From: a virus
DNA: 64,000 bases
IMG/VR virus record: IMGVR_UViG_3300035670_000062
Span: 1 to 64,000 of that record
Direction: 5' to 3' (one strand)
In this document: positions 47,355 through 56,941 of the stretch, one piece after another
Layout: each line of letters begins with the position of its first letter
Position numbering within the stretch: position 1 is the first letter of the stretch
Notes under the pieces: generated by a model
What the model saw: the letters and a program-made list of their open reading frames with translations, nothing else
What the model was told of the DNA's origin: nothing
Database searches by the model: none
Made by a program: the position numbers and the translations under genes

Positions 47355-47545
47355 AAAAAGTTTTATAACTATACGATAGGGGTGTTTAGAGAGATACTTA
47401 AAAGTATAAATAACATGAGAGAGATGAGAGATAGGAGAACATGAGATAACTGAGATAATAGGTGGTTATATGTTTACATATATCGCTAAGGAAAATGAGT
47501 TATAAAATAACATAATAAGAATTATAAATAATATAAATATAGAAA

Positions 47546-47716
47546 ATGAGAAACAAAGAACTAACATTGAGACGATTGAGAACCTTAAGTGGAATGTTAA
47601 AACAACTAGATACTCTAGTTAGACGAGGGGGGAGTTTGACAGATATAAACAATCTACAAATAGAAATAACCAATATTATTCAGGATATCGATGATATTAT
47701 TTCAAGAGAAGATTAA
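47546..47716 (+). CDS. Small hypothetical protein (56 aa)
   Basis: ATG..TAA helical ORF below the track cutoff. Confidence 0.55.
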   Translation: MRNKELTLRRLRTLSGMLKQLDTLVRRGGSLTDINNLQIEITNIIQDIDDIISRED

Positions 47717-47759
47717 TACGCTCTAATTAACTTACATAAATATAAAATAAAAAACAGTT

Positions 47760-48566
47760 ATGAACTTAACACCAGAACAACTTAAACAAAATTGGGATAC
47801 ATTAATCAATTATATTGAAACATATATCTCCAACCCTAGAAAAAAACATCTATTAAATTTCTATAATAAATTTCAGGATAGGTTAATGTTTATCCCAGCA
47901 TCAGGAAAAAAAGAATATCACAATGCATTCCCAGGTGGATACATAGATCATATTAATAGAGTAGTTGAATGTGCTTTAAAATTACATGGTGTTTGGACTG
48001 AAATGGGTTCAAATTCAAATACATATTCAATTGAAGAACTTGTATTTGCTGCTATAAATCATGATTTAGGTAAATTAGGAGATGAATATGAAGATGCATA
48101 TATTCCTCAAACAGATCAATGGAGACGAGAAAAATTAGGAGAGGATTATATGAATAACAATAAAATAGCATATGCATCAATTCCTGATAGAGGATTATAT
48201 TTACTTCAATTACATGATATTAAATATACATTCAATGAAATGGTAGCTATTCAGACTCATGATGGTTTATATGATGAGGGTAATAAAAAATATTTAATGG
48301 GATATCATGCAGACACTAAACCTAGAACTAACTTAATTTATATATTACATCAAGCAGATATGATGGCTTCAAGAATTGAATTTGAAAAAGAATATAAGTT
48401 CCCTTCAATCAAATCCCCTTCAGAAAAACTATCATCTAAAAAGTCAGATGATAATTTTAGTTTAGTTAATTCAATGCAACCTAAAACCTCAACTTCAAAA
48501 TCAAAAGAAAAAGCATTATCAACAATTAAAAGTGATAATTTGTTGGATATGTTAAATAAAATGTAA
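47760..48566 (+). CDS. HD-domain phosphohydrolase
   Basis: PAS...YHNAFPGGY.DH, HDLGK, HDG.Y, LHQAD. Confidence 0.88.
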   Translation: MNLTPEQLKQNWDTLINYIETYISNPRKKHLLNFYNKFQDRLMFIPASGKKEYHNAFPGGYIDHINRVVECALKLHGVWTEMGSNSNTYSIEELVFAAINHDLGKLGDEYEDAYIPQTDQWRREKLGEDYMNNNKIAYASIPDRGLYLLQLHDIKYTFNEMVAIQTHDGLYDEGNKKYLMGYHADTKPRTNLIYILHQADMMASRIEFEKEYKFPSIKSPSEKLSSKKSDDNFSLVNSMQPKTSTSKSKEKALSTIKSDNLLDMLNKM

Positions 48567-48570
48567 ATAT

Positions 48571-48873
48571 ATGATATACATAATAATAACATTGTCAATA
48601 CTATTAATATTAGCTATTTTTATTATAGTTAATCTATTAATAAGAAACGAAAAACAAGAAGATATACTAATTGAATATTTTAAATACATTGATAAAATAT
48701 CTAAAGTAATAACAATATCTTCAAAAAAGATAAAAGAAGTAGATTATGCTGGTTCATTTGAAAATGATGATGAAACTGGGACTATATTTAAATCAATAAA
48801 GGAAATCCAAGATATTTTAAATCAATTTATAGTACATACAATTAAAGAAGAAGAAGATGCCAAAAAAATCTAA
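48571..48873 (+). CDS. TM-anchored hypothetical protein
   Basis: N-terminal TM, GSFENDDETG. Confidence 0.65.
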   Translation: MIYIIITLSILLILAIFIIVNLLIRNEKQEDILIEYFKYIDKISKVITISSKKIKEVDYAGSFENDDETGTIFKSIKEIQDILNQFIVHTIKEEEDAKKI

Positions 48874-49732
48874 AAATCAATACTTCACAAGAGAAACTGA
48901 GGATGCAATTGTATTATACAATAATACAACAGATCCTATTGAAAAAAATAAAATATATGAATTAAAAATTCATCAACCTTTATTTAAGTTGACTCAAAAT
49001 ATTATTCATACATTTAAATTTTATTATACTGAAGTAGATAATATTGAACATCTTCAACATGAATTAATAATTTTTGCTTTAAGTAAAATCCATTTATATG
49101 ATAGAAAAACAAGTCTTAATAAAAGATTTAATAAAATAATTACAAAGGAGTTTAATGAAATATATAATGGTGATTTTGAAGCTTATATAGGTGATCATGA
49201 TGATGTAACTCAAGATCAAATCAATGATTTTATATCAACATTAAATATATCTGAAAAATGTAAGGAGAAACTATTAAAGATAACTCCTCCTAAAGCATTT
49301 TCATATTTTGGTACTATTATTAAAAGATGGTTAATTAATTATAATAAAGAAAATTATAAAAAATTATTAAATAATACTCCAACAGGTGACTTAAAGGAAG
49401 CAGACCAACTAATTGATGAAAATAATGAAGATCCTATTATATCTGAATTTTTAGATTTTTACATTTCATATGTAGAAAAGAATTTTGATAAATTATTCAT
49501 AAAGTATGAAGATAAACAAATAGCTGATGCTGTATTGGAAGTAATAAGAAGAAGAAATTCAATTGATATAATTCATAAAAAAGCATTATATTTACAAATA
49601 AGAGAAATATTACATATAAATGGTATCACAGAAGTAAAATCACCAAGAATTACAAAAAATACCAAAAAATTATACACTATTCTTAAAGAAAAATACTATG
49701 AATTCAATGAGAATATGAATGATGGCTATTAA
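48857..49732 (+). CDS. Putative late-transcription sigma factor (T4 gp55-like)
   Basis: N-terminal NQYFT..., KAFSYFGTIIKRWLI region-2-like motif; precedes structural genes. Confidence 0.6.
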   Translation: MPKKSKNQYFTRETEDAIVLYNNTTDPIEKNKIYELKIHQPLFKLTQNIIHTFKFYYTEVDNIEHLQHELIIFALSKIHLYDRKTSLNKRFNKIITKEFNEIYNGDFEAYIGDHDDVTQDQINDFISTLNISEKCKEKLLKITPPKAFSYFGTIIKRWLINYNKENYKKLLNNTPTGDLKEADQLIDENNEDPIISEFLDFYISYVEKNFDKLFIKYEDKQIADAVLEVIRRRNSIDIIHKKALYLQIREILHINGITEVKSPRITKNTKKLYTILKEKYYEFNENMNDGY

Positions 49733-49758
49733 TAATATTTATACCAAATATAATAAAT

Positions 49759-50118
49759 ATGAGCTTAGATAAAAAAATATTTAAAAATAAAACATATTCA
49801 GACTTACTGGGTGAGATTTATACTAATCAAAAAAAGAAAGAAACACAAATAAGTGCATTAATCAATGAATTAAAACCATTAATTAATGAGATAGGTGATG
49901 CTACATTACTAGTTCCATTAATTAAAGAATACATGGAATTAGGTATTAAAAACGATGAAGCATTAATAAAACTAGCAACAATCTTCCAAAGAATATTCTC
50001 AAATACTCCATCAGAAGATGGAAATTATGGCTTATCAGAAGCAGAAAAAGAACAGATATTAAAAGAAGCTAAAAACATAGGTAAATCACTCCCTCCAGGA
50101 GAAACTAAAAATGATTAA
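49759..50118 (+). CDS. Conserved hypothetical protein
   Basis: ORF track. Confidence 0.7.
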   Translation: MSLDKKIFKNKTYSDLLGEIYTNQKKKETQISALINELKPLINEIGDATLLVPLIKEYMELGIKNDEALIKLATIFQRIFSNTPSEDGNYGLSEAEKEQILKEAKNIGKSLPPGETKND

Positions 50119-51361
50119 TAGAAAAGGAATTAATGCTAATAATCCATCAACAGCTCCATCCTCATTAAATAAAAAAAATTCAAATAACAATAGAATAGGA
50201 AGAGTTAAGGATATAATTCTAAATGAAAATTTTCCAAATATTGAACAATATGGTGGTGTAAATGCTATTGGTAGTGTATTCTATGAAGACGCAGAAGTAA
50301 TAGGTAATAGTTTAGGTCTTGCTAAACCATTAAATCCCAACATTCAATCTTACCCATTAATAAATGAATTAGTAATAATCCATAAATTACCTTCACAAAA
50401 CATAGGAGAAAATAACACCGATAAAGTATCATATTATTCTCAAATAATTAATATTTGGAATCACCCCCATCATAACGCTTATCCATCTACATTAGATTTT
50501 TTAAATCAAGGTAGTGCTAATCTTAATGAATCTTATAAAGATAATGAAGCTGGAGTAATAAAAACTAGTGAAAATAATTTTGAAGATATATCATTAGATA
50601 GTCCATCAAACCCAACCCAACCAAAATTTATAGAAAAAAGCAATATTCAACCTCTACTTCCTTTCCCTGGAGATAATATTATACAGGGGAGATTTGGAAA
50701 TAGTATTAGATTTGGAAGTACTTCATTTAATGACAGAGATTTACTAAATAATTGGTCTGATGATGGAGAGAATGGAAACCCAATAACTATAATCAGAAAT
50801 GGCCAACCAGATGGAGAAAATGAAGGTTGGAAACATATTACTGAAGATATAAATAATGATAAATCATCAATATATTTAACTTCAAATCAAAAAATTAATA
50901 TTAAATTACCTAGTAATAAATTTAATTCTTTTAGACAACTCCCAACATTACCTTCACAATATAAGGATTCTCAAATATTAATATGTTCAAATCAAATAAC
51001 AATATCTTCAAAAAAAGATAATATATTTATAAATTCAAATAAATCTATAAGTTTATCTTCAAATGAAAATGTAAATATAGATTCAAAACAAACAGTAGTA
51101 AGTTCATCTGATATTAAATTAGGTGGTGAAAATGCTGAGGAAAGACTAGTTAAGGGAGATACTTTATTAAAAAATCTAAATTTTATGTTAGATTCATTAT
51201 CTTTACTTGTATCTGCTATGGAAGTACAGCAGTTATGGCCTGGTGGTCTTCCTACTCCTGATGGAGTTACAATGATGACCGCCAACACATTAAAAAATAA
51301 TATTAAATTAGTAAAAAAAGACTTAACAAACATCTTATCAAAAACCACTAAAGTAATATGA
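50111..51361 (+). CDS. Baseplate hub/spike protein (gp5-like)
   Basis: OB-like N-terminus YPLINELV, GDNIIQGRFGNSIRFGS, beta-helix-like tail, LVKGD. Confidence 0.6.
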   Translation: MINRKGINANNPSTAPSSLNKKNSNNNRIGRVKDIILNENFPNIEQYGGVNAIGSVFYEDAEVIGNSLGLAKPLNPNIQSYPLINELVIIHKLPSQNIGENNTDKVSYYSQIINIWNHPHHNAYPSTLDFLNQGSANLNESYKDNEAGVIKTSENNFEDISLDSPSNPTQPKFIEKSNIQPLLPFPGDNIIQGRFGNSIRFGSTSFNDRDLLNNWSDDGENGNPITIIRNGQPDGENEGWKHITEDINNDKSSIYLTSNQKINIKLPSNKFNSFRQLPTLPSQYKDSQILICSNQITISSKKDNIFINSNKSISLSSNENVNIDSKQTVVSSSDIKLGGENAEERLVKGDTLLKNLNFMLDSLSLLVSAMEVQQLWPGGLPTPDGVTMMTANTLKNNIKLVKKDLTNILSKTTKVI

Positions 51362-52461
51362 AATTTAAAACATCAGGAACTATAATCAATTCCCAAGAGG
51401 AACCAATAATAGGATGTATTATAACTTCATCTAATGGATATTCTACTGTTACTGATAAAGAAGGAAAGTTCATATTAAAAGGAGAATATGAAAAGGGATT
51501 TCCATTCACTATTGAAATTTCTAATCCCCTTTATTCTTCAATAAGTAAAATCCCCTTTACTTTAAATGGTGATATAATAGAAAATGTAGGAATTATAAAA
51601 TTGATTCAACAGGACAAAACATTAAAAGATTCTACTATTTCAAATTCATTAATATCATCTCAACATCTAGAATTATTAAAATCATCAAAATCTAATTTTG
51701 AGACTTTACAAATGAATACTTTAATTGGAGTTGGAGAAAAAATTAAATATGATATCTTACCAAGACTAATAGAAGAAATTGTAAAATTTGGTATAACTTT
51801 AACACCTAAAATAAATCCTAATAATATTTTAGATCAAAAAATATTTTGTCCATCTGATATTAATATTATTATATCAAATAAAAATAAATTAGTCAAGAGA
51901 ATAAATATTATTTATCAAACATTAAATAGAGTTAAAATTGTAGTATCAACAACAGATAAAATAATAACAGCATCACAAATAGCAATTGAAATATTAAAAC
52001 TTACACCTACACCTGCCCCTCCTGGTGTGTCAAGTTCCCTGATTGAAATTGAAAATAAACTAAGAAAATATAAAATCATATCATCCGTTACTCTTATTAT
52101 CTTAACGATAATAATCGATTTACTCAGGCAGTTAATTGATATGTTAAATATGCTAGATAAATTAGTTGCTCATTGTATTCCTGATAATACAAATAATATG
52201 GAATTATTATCACAAGAATTGCTTGCTTTAACTCAACAACAATCACAAATACAACCAGTCATAACTAATGTAAATGGTTTTGAAATGGGTGTAGAAAGTG
52301 AACCTAATACTATTAATCAAATAAAAAGAAAAAGAGCTATAGCAAAAAATAAAAAAGGAATAATAATGCTAAAAGGAGAATGGTCTTACAGTTCAATTGA
52401 ACAAATTTTGATAGATGAATTAGTGTTCTATATTCAACAAAACGATTTAAAAGCAGATTAA
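51358..52461 (+). CDS. Virion-associated hypothetical protein (N-terminal carboxypeptidase-regulatory-like beta domain)
   Basis: G.II...EPIIG....TVTDKEGKF. Confidence 0.55.
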   Translation: MKFKTSGTIINSQEEPIIGCIITSSNGYSTVTDKEGKFILKGEYEKGFPFTIEISNPLYSSISKIPFTLNGDIIENVGIIKLIQQDKTLKDSTISNSLISSQHLELLKSSKSNFETLQMNTLIGVGEKIKYDILPRLIEEIVKFGITLTPKINPNNILDQKIFCPSDINIIISNKNKLVKRINIIYQTLNRVKIVVSTTDKIITASQIAIEILKLTPTPAPPGVSSSLIEIENKLRKYKIISSVTLIILTIIIDLLRQLIDMLNMLDKLVAHCIPDNTNNMELLSQELLALTQQQSQIQPVITNVNGFEMGVESEPNTINQIKRKRAIAKNKKGIIMLKGEWSYSSIEQILIDELVFYIQQNDLKAD

Positions 52462-52478
52462 CTTAATATTTATAACAA

Positions 52479-52808
52479 ATGAAAACATCAGAACTAAAAA
52501 ATTTAATAAAAGAGGCAGTAAGAGAGGCAATTAAAGAAGAATTAAAAGAAATATTATTAGAAGCAATAAAATCTCCTAAATCTCAAATTAATGAACATAT
52601 GATACCTCAAGTAAATTTATCCTCATCATCACCTCAAACAATGATAGATAAAAGAAGAGCGTATCAAGATGTAATAAATCAAACATCTCTAAATTTTTCA
52701 TCTAAAGATATATCACAACCATTTATCCCAACTCAAACAGATCCTATAAATGGTGCATTACCTTCTGGTGAATTAAGTATGGATCAAATAATGAATCTAA
52801 TGAAATAA
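52479..52808 (+). CDS. Hypothetical protein, MKxSELK..IKE family
   Basis: ORF track, TATTTATA upstream. Confidence 0.7.
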   Translation: MKTSELKNLIKEAVREAIKEELKEILLEAIKSPKSQINEHMIPQVNLSSSSPQTMIDKRRAYQDVINQTSLNFSSKDISQPFIPTQTDPINGALPSGELSMDQIMNLMK

Positions 52809-53215
52809 TGGCATTTAACCAACAACAAATAAATCCCCTAGATATAGATCCTAATGTTGCTATTGGAATTAATATTCCATTTTCTGCATTAGCTGTATTT
52901 ACATCTAATTATACAACAAAAGATGCAATTAGAAATAATTTATTAAATTACTTTTTAACTAATAATGGGGAAAGATTCATGAATCCATTATTTGGAGGTG
53001 GGTTAAGAGGATTTTTATTTGAACAAATAACAAATAATAATTTAGAATTTCTTGAAGGAACTATTAGTAATGATATAGCTGATTCATTTCCTAATGTTAT
53101 AGTAGATACTTTAAATATATTAAAAAATGAAGATAAAAACACTATAATAATAGAATTTAAATACAGCATAAGAAATACTAATATTCAAGATTCAATAGAA
53201 ATATCATTTCAATAA
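52808..53215 (+). CDS. Baseplate wedge subunit (gp25-like)
   Basis: NL.N..LTN.GERFMNP.FG.GL..FLFE. Confidence 0.9.
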   Translation: MAFNQQQINPLDIDPNVAIGINIPFSALAVFTSNYTTKDAIRNNLLNYFLTNNGERFMNPLFGGGLRGFLFEQITNNNLEFLEGTISNDIADSFPNVIVDTLNILKNEDKNTIIIEFKYSIRNTNIQDSIEISFQ

Positions 53216-55065
53216 TGGAAAATAAATCAATAAAATACATAAATAGAGACTTTTCAAGTTTTAAAACAAAATTAGTAGAATTTGCTAAAACATATTTTCC
53301 TAATTCATATAATGATTTCTCACCCTCTTCGCCAGGGATGATGTTTATGGAAATGTCAGCCTATGTTGGAGATGTTATGTCATTTTACTTAGATAATCAA
53401 ATCCAAGAAACATTCATACAATATGCGAGACAAGATAATAATTTATATGAATTAGCATACATGTTTGGATATAAACCAAAAATTTCAACAGCAGCTCAAA
53501 CAACAATAGACATATACCAACAAGTCCCAGCAATATTATCAGGTTCTAGTTATATACCTGATTATTCTTATGCTTTAACATTAAATGAAAATACTACATT
53601 ATCATCACCTATATCAGATAAAGTTAGTTTTTTAATAGAAGATAGATGTGATTTCAGTGTTTCAAGTTCATTTGATCCAACTGAAGTTTCTATATACCAA
53701 ATAGCAGGTAATATACCTCAATATTTTTTATTAAAAAAATCAAGAAAAGCAGTTTCAGCAAATATAAAAACTCAATCATTTATATTCAATGATTTTACAC
53801 CATTTCCAACAATATCAATAACTGATAATAAGATATTAGGAATACTTGATATAACTGATAGTGATGGAAATAAATGGTATGAAGTAGATCATTTAGGACA
53901 AGAAATGGTATTTGATAATATAAAAAATACAAATCCAAATGACCCAAATACATACACAGATATTGATGTTCCATTTTTATTAAAATTAAAGAAAATCCAA
54001 AAAAGATTCTCAACAAGAATTTTAAATAAAACAACACTCCAAATCCAGTTTGGTGCTGGTAATCCTAATTCAATTGATGAAGAAATAACTCCTAACCCAA
54101 ATAATGTAGGTTTAGGATTACCATTTAAAAAAACAAAACTTACAACAGCTTTCTCACCTGATAATTTCTTATTTACAAATACTTATGGAATTGCTCCAAC
54201 TAATACAACTCTAACAGTAAGGTATTTGTCTGGTGGTGGGGTTGAAGCTAATGTCCCCTCAAATTCTTTAACAAGAATAAATAAAAATACAATAAAATTT
54301 AATTCAATAAATTTAAACTCATCAACAGCTGACTATATATTCAATTCATTATCAACAACTAATCCTCAAGCAGCAGATGGAGGAGGATCAGGAGACTCAA
54401 TTGAAATTATAAGACAAAACACATTAATGAGTATTTCAGCTCAAAATAGATCAGTAACATCAAATGATTATTTAATTAGAGCTCTTAGTATGCCTAGTGA
54501 TTATGGTACAATTTCAAAAGCTCATATACAACAACCTCAATTAGTAGATAATCAAGTATCAACAATTGAAACATTAAATTTATTTGTTTTATCTAAAGAT
54601 AATAATGGGTATTTATCAACATCATCAAATACTTTAAAAAATAATCTAAGAACATACTTGTCTCAATATAGAATGATTGGAGATAACATTGAAATAAGAG
54701 ATGCTTTTATAATTAATATAGCAGTTGATTTTGAAATTATAGTACTTCCTAATTTTAATAATAATCAAGTAATTTTATCTTGTATAGAAGTATTAAAATC
54801 ACATTTCAATATAGATAATTGGCAAATCAATCAACCAATTTTCTTACGTGATATATATGTAAAATTAGATAGAGTAGAAGGAGTACAAACAGTAAAAAAC
54901 ATAAAAATAAGTAATAAAGCTGGAGTATCCCTTGGATACTCAGAATATGGTTATGATATTGAAGGAGCAACACAAAATCAAATAATTTACCCATCATTAG
55001 ATTCAAGTATATTTGAACTAAAATACCCAAACCAAGATATAAAAGGGAAAATATCACCATTATAA
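53215..55065 (+). CDS. Baseplate wedge subunit (gp6/J-like)
   Basis: DFSSFK..L, DFS.SSPG, AYVGDV.SFY, IQFG.G, GG.GDSIE.IR, QNRSVT.NDY. Confidence 0.9.
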   Translation: MENKSIKYINRDFSSFKTKLVEFAKTYFPNSYNDFSPSSPGMMFMEMSAYVGDVMSFYLDNQIQETFIQYARQDNNLYELAYMFGYKPKISTAAQTTIDIYQQVPAILSGSSYIPDYSYALTLNENTTLSSPISDKVSFLIEDRCDFSVSSSFDPTEVSIYQIAGNIPQYFLLKKSRKAVSANIKTQSFIFNDFTPFPTISITDNKILGILDITDSDGNKWYEVDHLGQEMVFDNIKNTNPNDPNTYTDIDVPFLLKLKKIQKRFSTRILNKTTLQIQFGAGNPNSIDEEITPNPNNVGLGLPFKKTKLTTAFSPDNFLFTNTYGIAPTNTTLTVRYLSGGGVEANVPSNSLTRINKNTIKFNSINLNSSTADYIFNSLSTTNPQAADGGGSGDSIEIIRQNTLMSISAQNRSVTSNDYLIRALSMPSDYGTISKAHIQQPQLVDNQVSTIETLNLFVLSKDNNGYLSTSSNTLKNNLRTYLSQYRMIGDNIEIRDAFIINIAVDFEIIVLPNFNNNQVILSCIEVLKSHFNIDNWQINQPIFLRDIYVKLDRVEGVQTVKNIKISNKAGVSLGYSEYGYDIEGATQNQIIYPSLDSSIFELKYPNQDIKGKISPL

Positions 55066-55084
55066 TATATTTATAATAAAAAAT

Positions 55085-55573
55085 ATGAAAATTTTAAACG
55101 AAATAGGAAATTTAATACTACTTTTAATAGCTGTAGTTTTAGGTTCAATATTATTACCTATAGGTATTTTATGGAATGTGTATAAATCTATATTGAAATC
55201 TAAAGGTTATAAATTTTTAACAACTATTAAATTAATATTATTATATTGGTTGAGATTGTTATATCAAGTGTGGGTTGTTATTAAACAAACATTTCTATAT
55301 GTTGCTTATTTAATAGATTTATTAGGTAATGTGATATTAGGAGAATTATTAGAATCAACAATGTCTAAATCACCTCAACATCTATTTGGGAGAGGGGAAA
55401 TAACAATTTCTGCAGCTTTAGGATACTTAAAAAGAAGAAATGAATTAACATTAGTTGGGAAAATTTTATGTAAAATATTAAATAAATTAGACCCACATTA
55501 TGAAGATCATTGCATATCATCTATTGAGTTATATGAATATAAAGAATCTTTAAAAACAAAATCAAAAAAATAA
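55085..55573 (+). CDS. Membrane protein
   Basis: Hydrophobic segments, IDLLGNV, TISAALG, DHC. Confidence 0.65.
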   Translation: MKILNEIGNLILLLIAVVLGSILLPIGILWNVYKSILKSKGYKFLTTIKLILLYWLRLLYQVWVVIKQTFLYVAYLIDLLGNVILGELLESTMSKSPQHLFGRGEITISAALGYLKRRNELTLVGKILCKILNKLDPHYEDHCISSIELYEYKESLKTKSKK

Positions 55574-55574
55574 A

Positions 55575-55871
55575 ATGAAAAGAAGTGAATTAAGACAACT
55601 TATTAGAGAAACATTAAACCAAGTTAATGAAAACGAATATTATGGTGAAATCCAAGAACCATTAAACCTATATGATAAATTAGATGAAGTCCTAACAGAT
55701 TCTATGATGACATTCAGTATGGGAACCTCTGAAGAAGATTTTGACTCAGCTGATAATACTCAAAAAGATAAAATTCAAGATATAATGGATCAAGCTATCA
55801 ATTATTTACATAAATCAAAAATATCATTTGATGAGGTAATACGATTAATAGGAAAAGATTACCAAAAATAA
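55575..55871 (+). CDS. Hypothetical protein, MKxSELR..IRE family
   Basis: ORF track. Confidence 0.7.
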   Translation: MKRSELRQLIRETLNQVNENEYYGEIQEPLNLYDKLDEVLTDSMMTFSMGTSEEDFDSADNTQKDKIQDIMDQAINYLHKSKISFDEVIRLIGKDYQK

Positions 55872-55898
55872 AAAAATAACAGTTATTAAATAAAAATT

Positions 55899-56636
55899 AT
55901 GGAAGAAAAAAAGTATGATTTCCCAACGGAAACAGTAGAATTACCATCAAAAGGATTAATATATCCTAAAGACAATCCACTATCATCTGGTAAGATAGAA
56001 ATGAGATACATGACAGCATATCATGAGGATATTCTTACGAATCAAAACTACATTAAACAAGGTATTGTATTAGATAAATTAATCCAAGCATTAATAGTAT
56101 CGAATGTTAACTATGATGATTTAATAGTAGGAGATAGAAACGCAATCCTAATATCAGCAAGAATATTAGCTTATGGTAAAGATTATACATTTTTATATAA
56201 AGATGAAGAAATTACAGTCGATTTAAGTGAACTTGAATTAAAATACCTAGATGAAAAAGACATAACTCCAGGTATAAATCAATTTCATTTCCAATTACCT
56301 CATACAAATACATCAATAACATATAAATTATTGACTAATGAAGACGAGAGAAAAATTGATAATGAAATAAAAGGTATTAAAAAAATTCATAAAACAGCCT
56401 CACCTGAATTATCAACAAGATTGAAATATTTAATTACATCTGTTAATGGAGATAGTGATACTAAAACTATTAGAGAATTTGTTGATAAACATATGTTAGC
56501 AAGAGATTCAAGAGCCTTAAGAGAACATATCAAAAACACTCAACCAGATATTTTATTAACATTTAATAATGGTACAGAGGAGGGTACAGTGCCTATTACG
56601 GCAGGATTTTTTTGGCCTGACTCTGGAATATCGTAA
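55899..56636 (+). CDS. Baseplate hub assembly / tail assembly chaperone (gp26-like)
   Basis: VELPSKG, MTA.HEDIL, GDR.AILI.AR..YG, ends FFWP; upstream of tape measure. Confidence 0.75.
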   Translation: MEEKKYDFPTETVELPSKGLIYPKDNPLSSGKIEMRYMTAYHEDILTNQNYIKQGIVLDKLIQALIVSNVNYDDLIVGDRNAILISARILAYGKDYTFLYKDEEITVDLSELELKYLDEKDITPGINQFHFQLPHTNTSITYKLLTNEDERKIDNEIKGIKKIHKTASPELSTRLKYLITSVNGDSDTKTIREFVDKHMLARDSRALREHIKNTQPDILLTFNNGTEEGTVPITAGFFWPDSGIS

Positions 56637-56895
56637 AAGTTTATTTATTATGATCCATCAAATAGTTACATTTGGTGGAGGTGGGTATGATTTTGAAACA
56701 GTATATAGAATGCCTATTTGGTTAAGAAAATTTACATACTTACAAATAGTAGAACAAAAACAAGCTGAAAAAGAAGAAATAAACAAAGTAAAAAATAAAT
56801 CAAATTCAAATCAAACAAAATTTAATTTGGGAGATAAAGTCCCTCAACAATTAAAACAAACAAACAACACATACAACACAACAATGAAAAAATAA
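56569..56895 (+). CDS. gp51-like chaperone extension (probably made by frameshift, or from ATG 56650)
   Basis: VY.MPIWLRKF motif; overlaps the previous ORF in the +1 frame. Confidence 0.6.
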   Translation: MVQRRVQCLLRQDFFGLTLEYRKSLFIMIHQIVTFGGGGYDFETVYRMPIWLRKFTYLQIVEQKQAEKEEINKVKNKSNSNQTKFNLGDKVPQQLKQTNNTYNTTMKK

Positions 56896-56935
56896 AGCCC
56901 TAAATAGGGCTTTTTTTGTCTATTTATAATAAAAT
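56892..56935 (+). terminator. Terminator fused to TATTTATA late-promoter motif
   Basis: AAAGCCCTA-aa-TAGGGCTTTTTTT then TATTTATAA. Confidence 0.85.
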
Positions 56936-56941
56936 AAAGAT

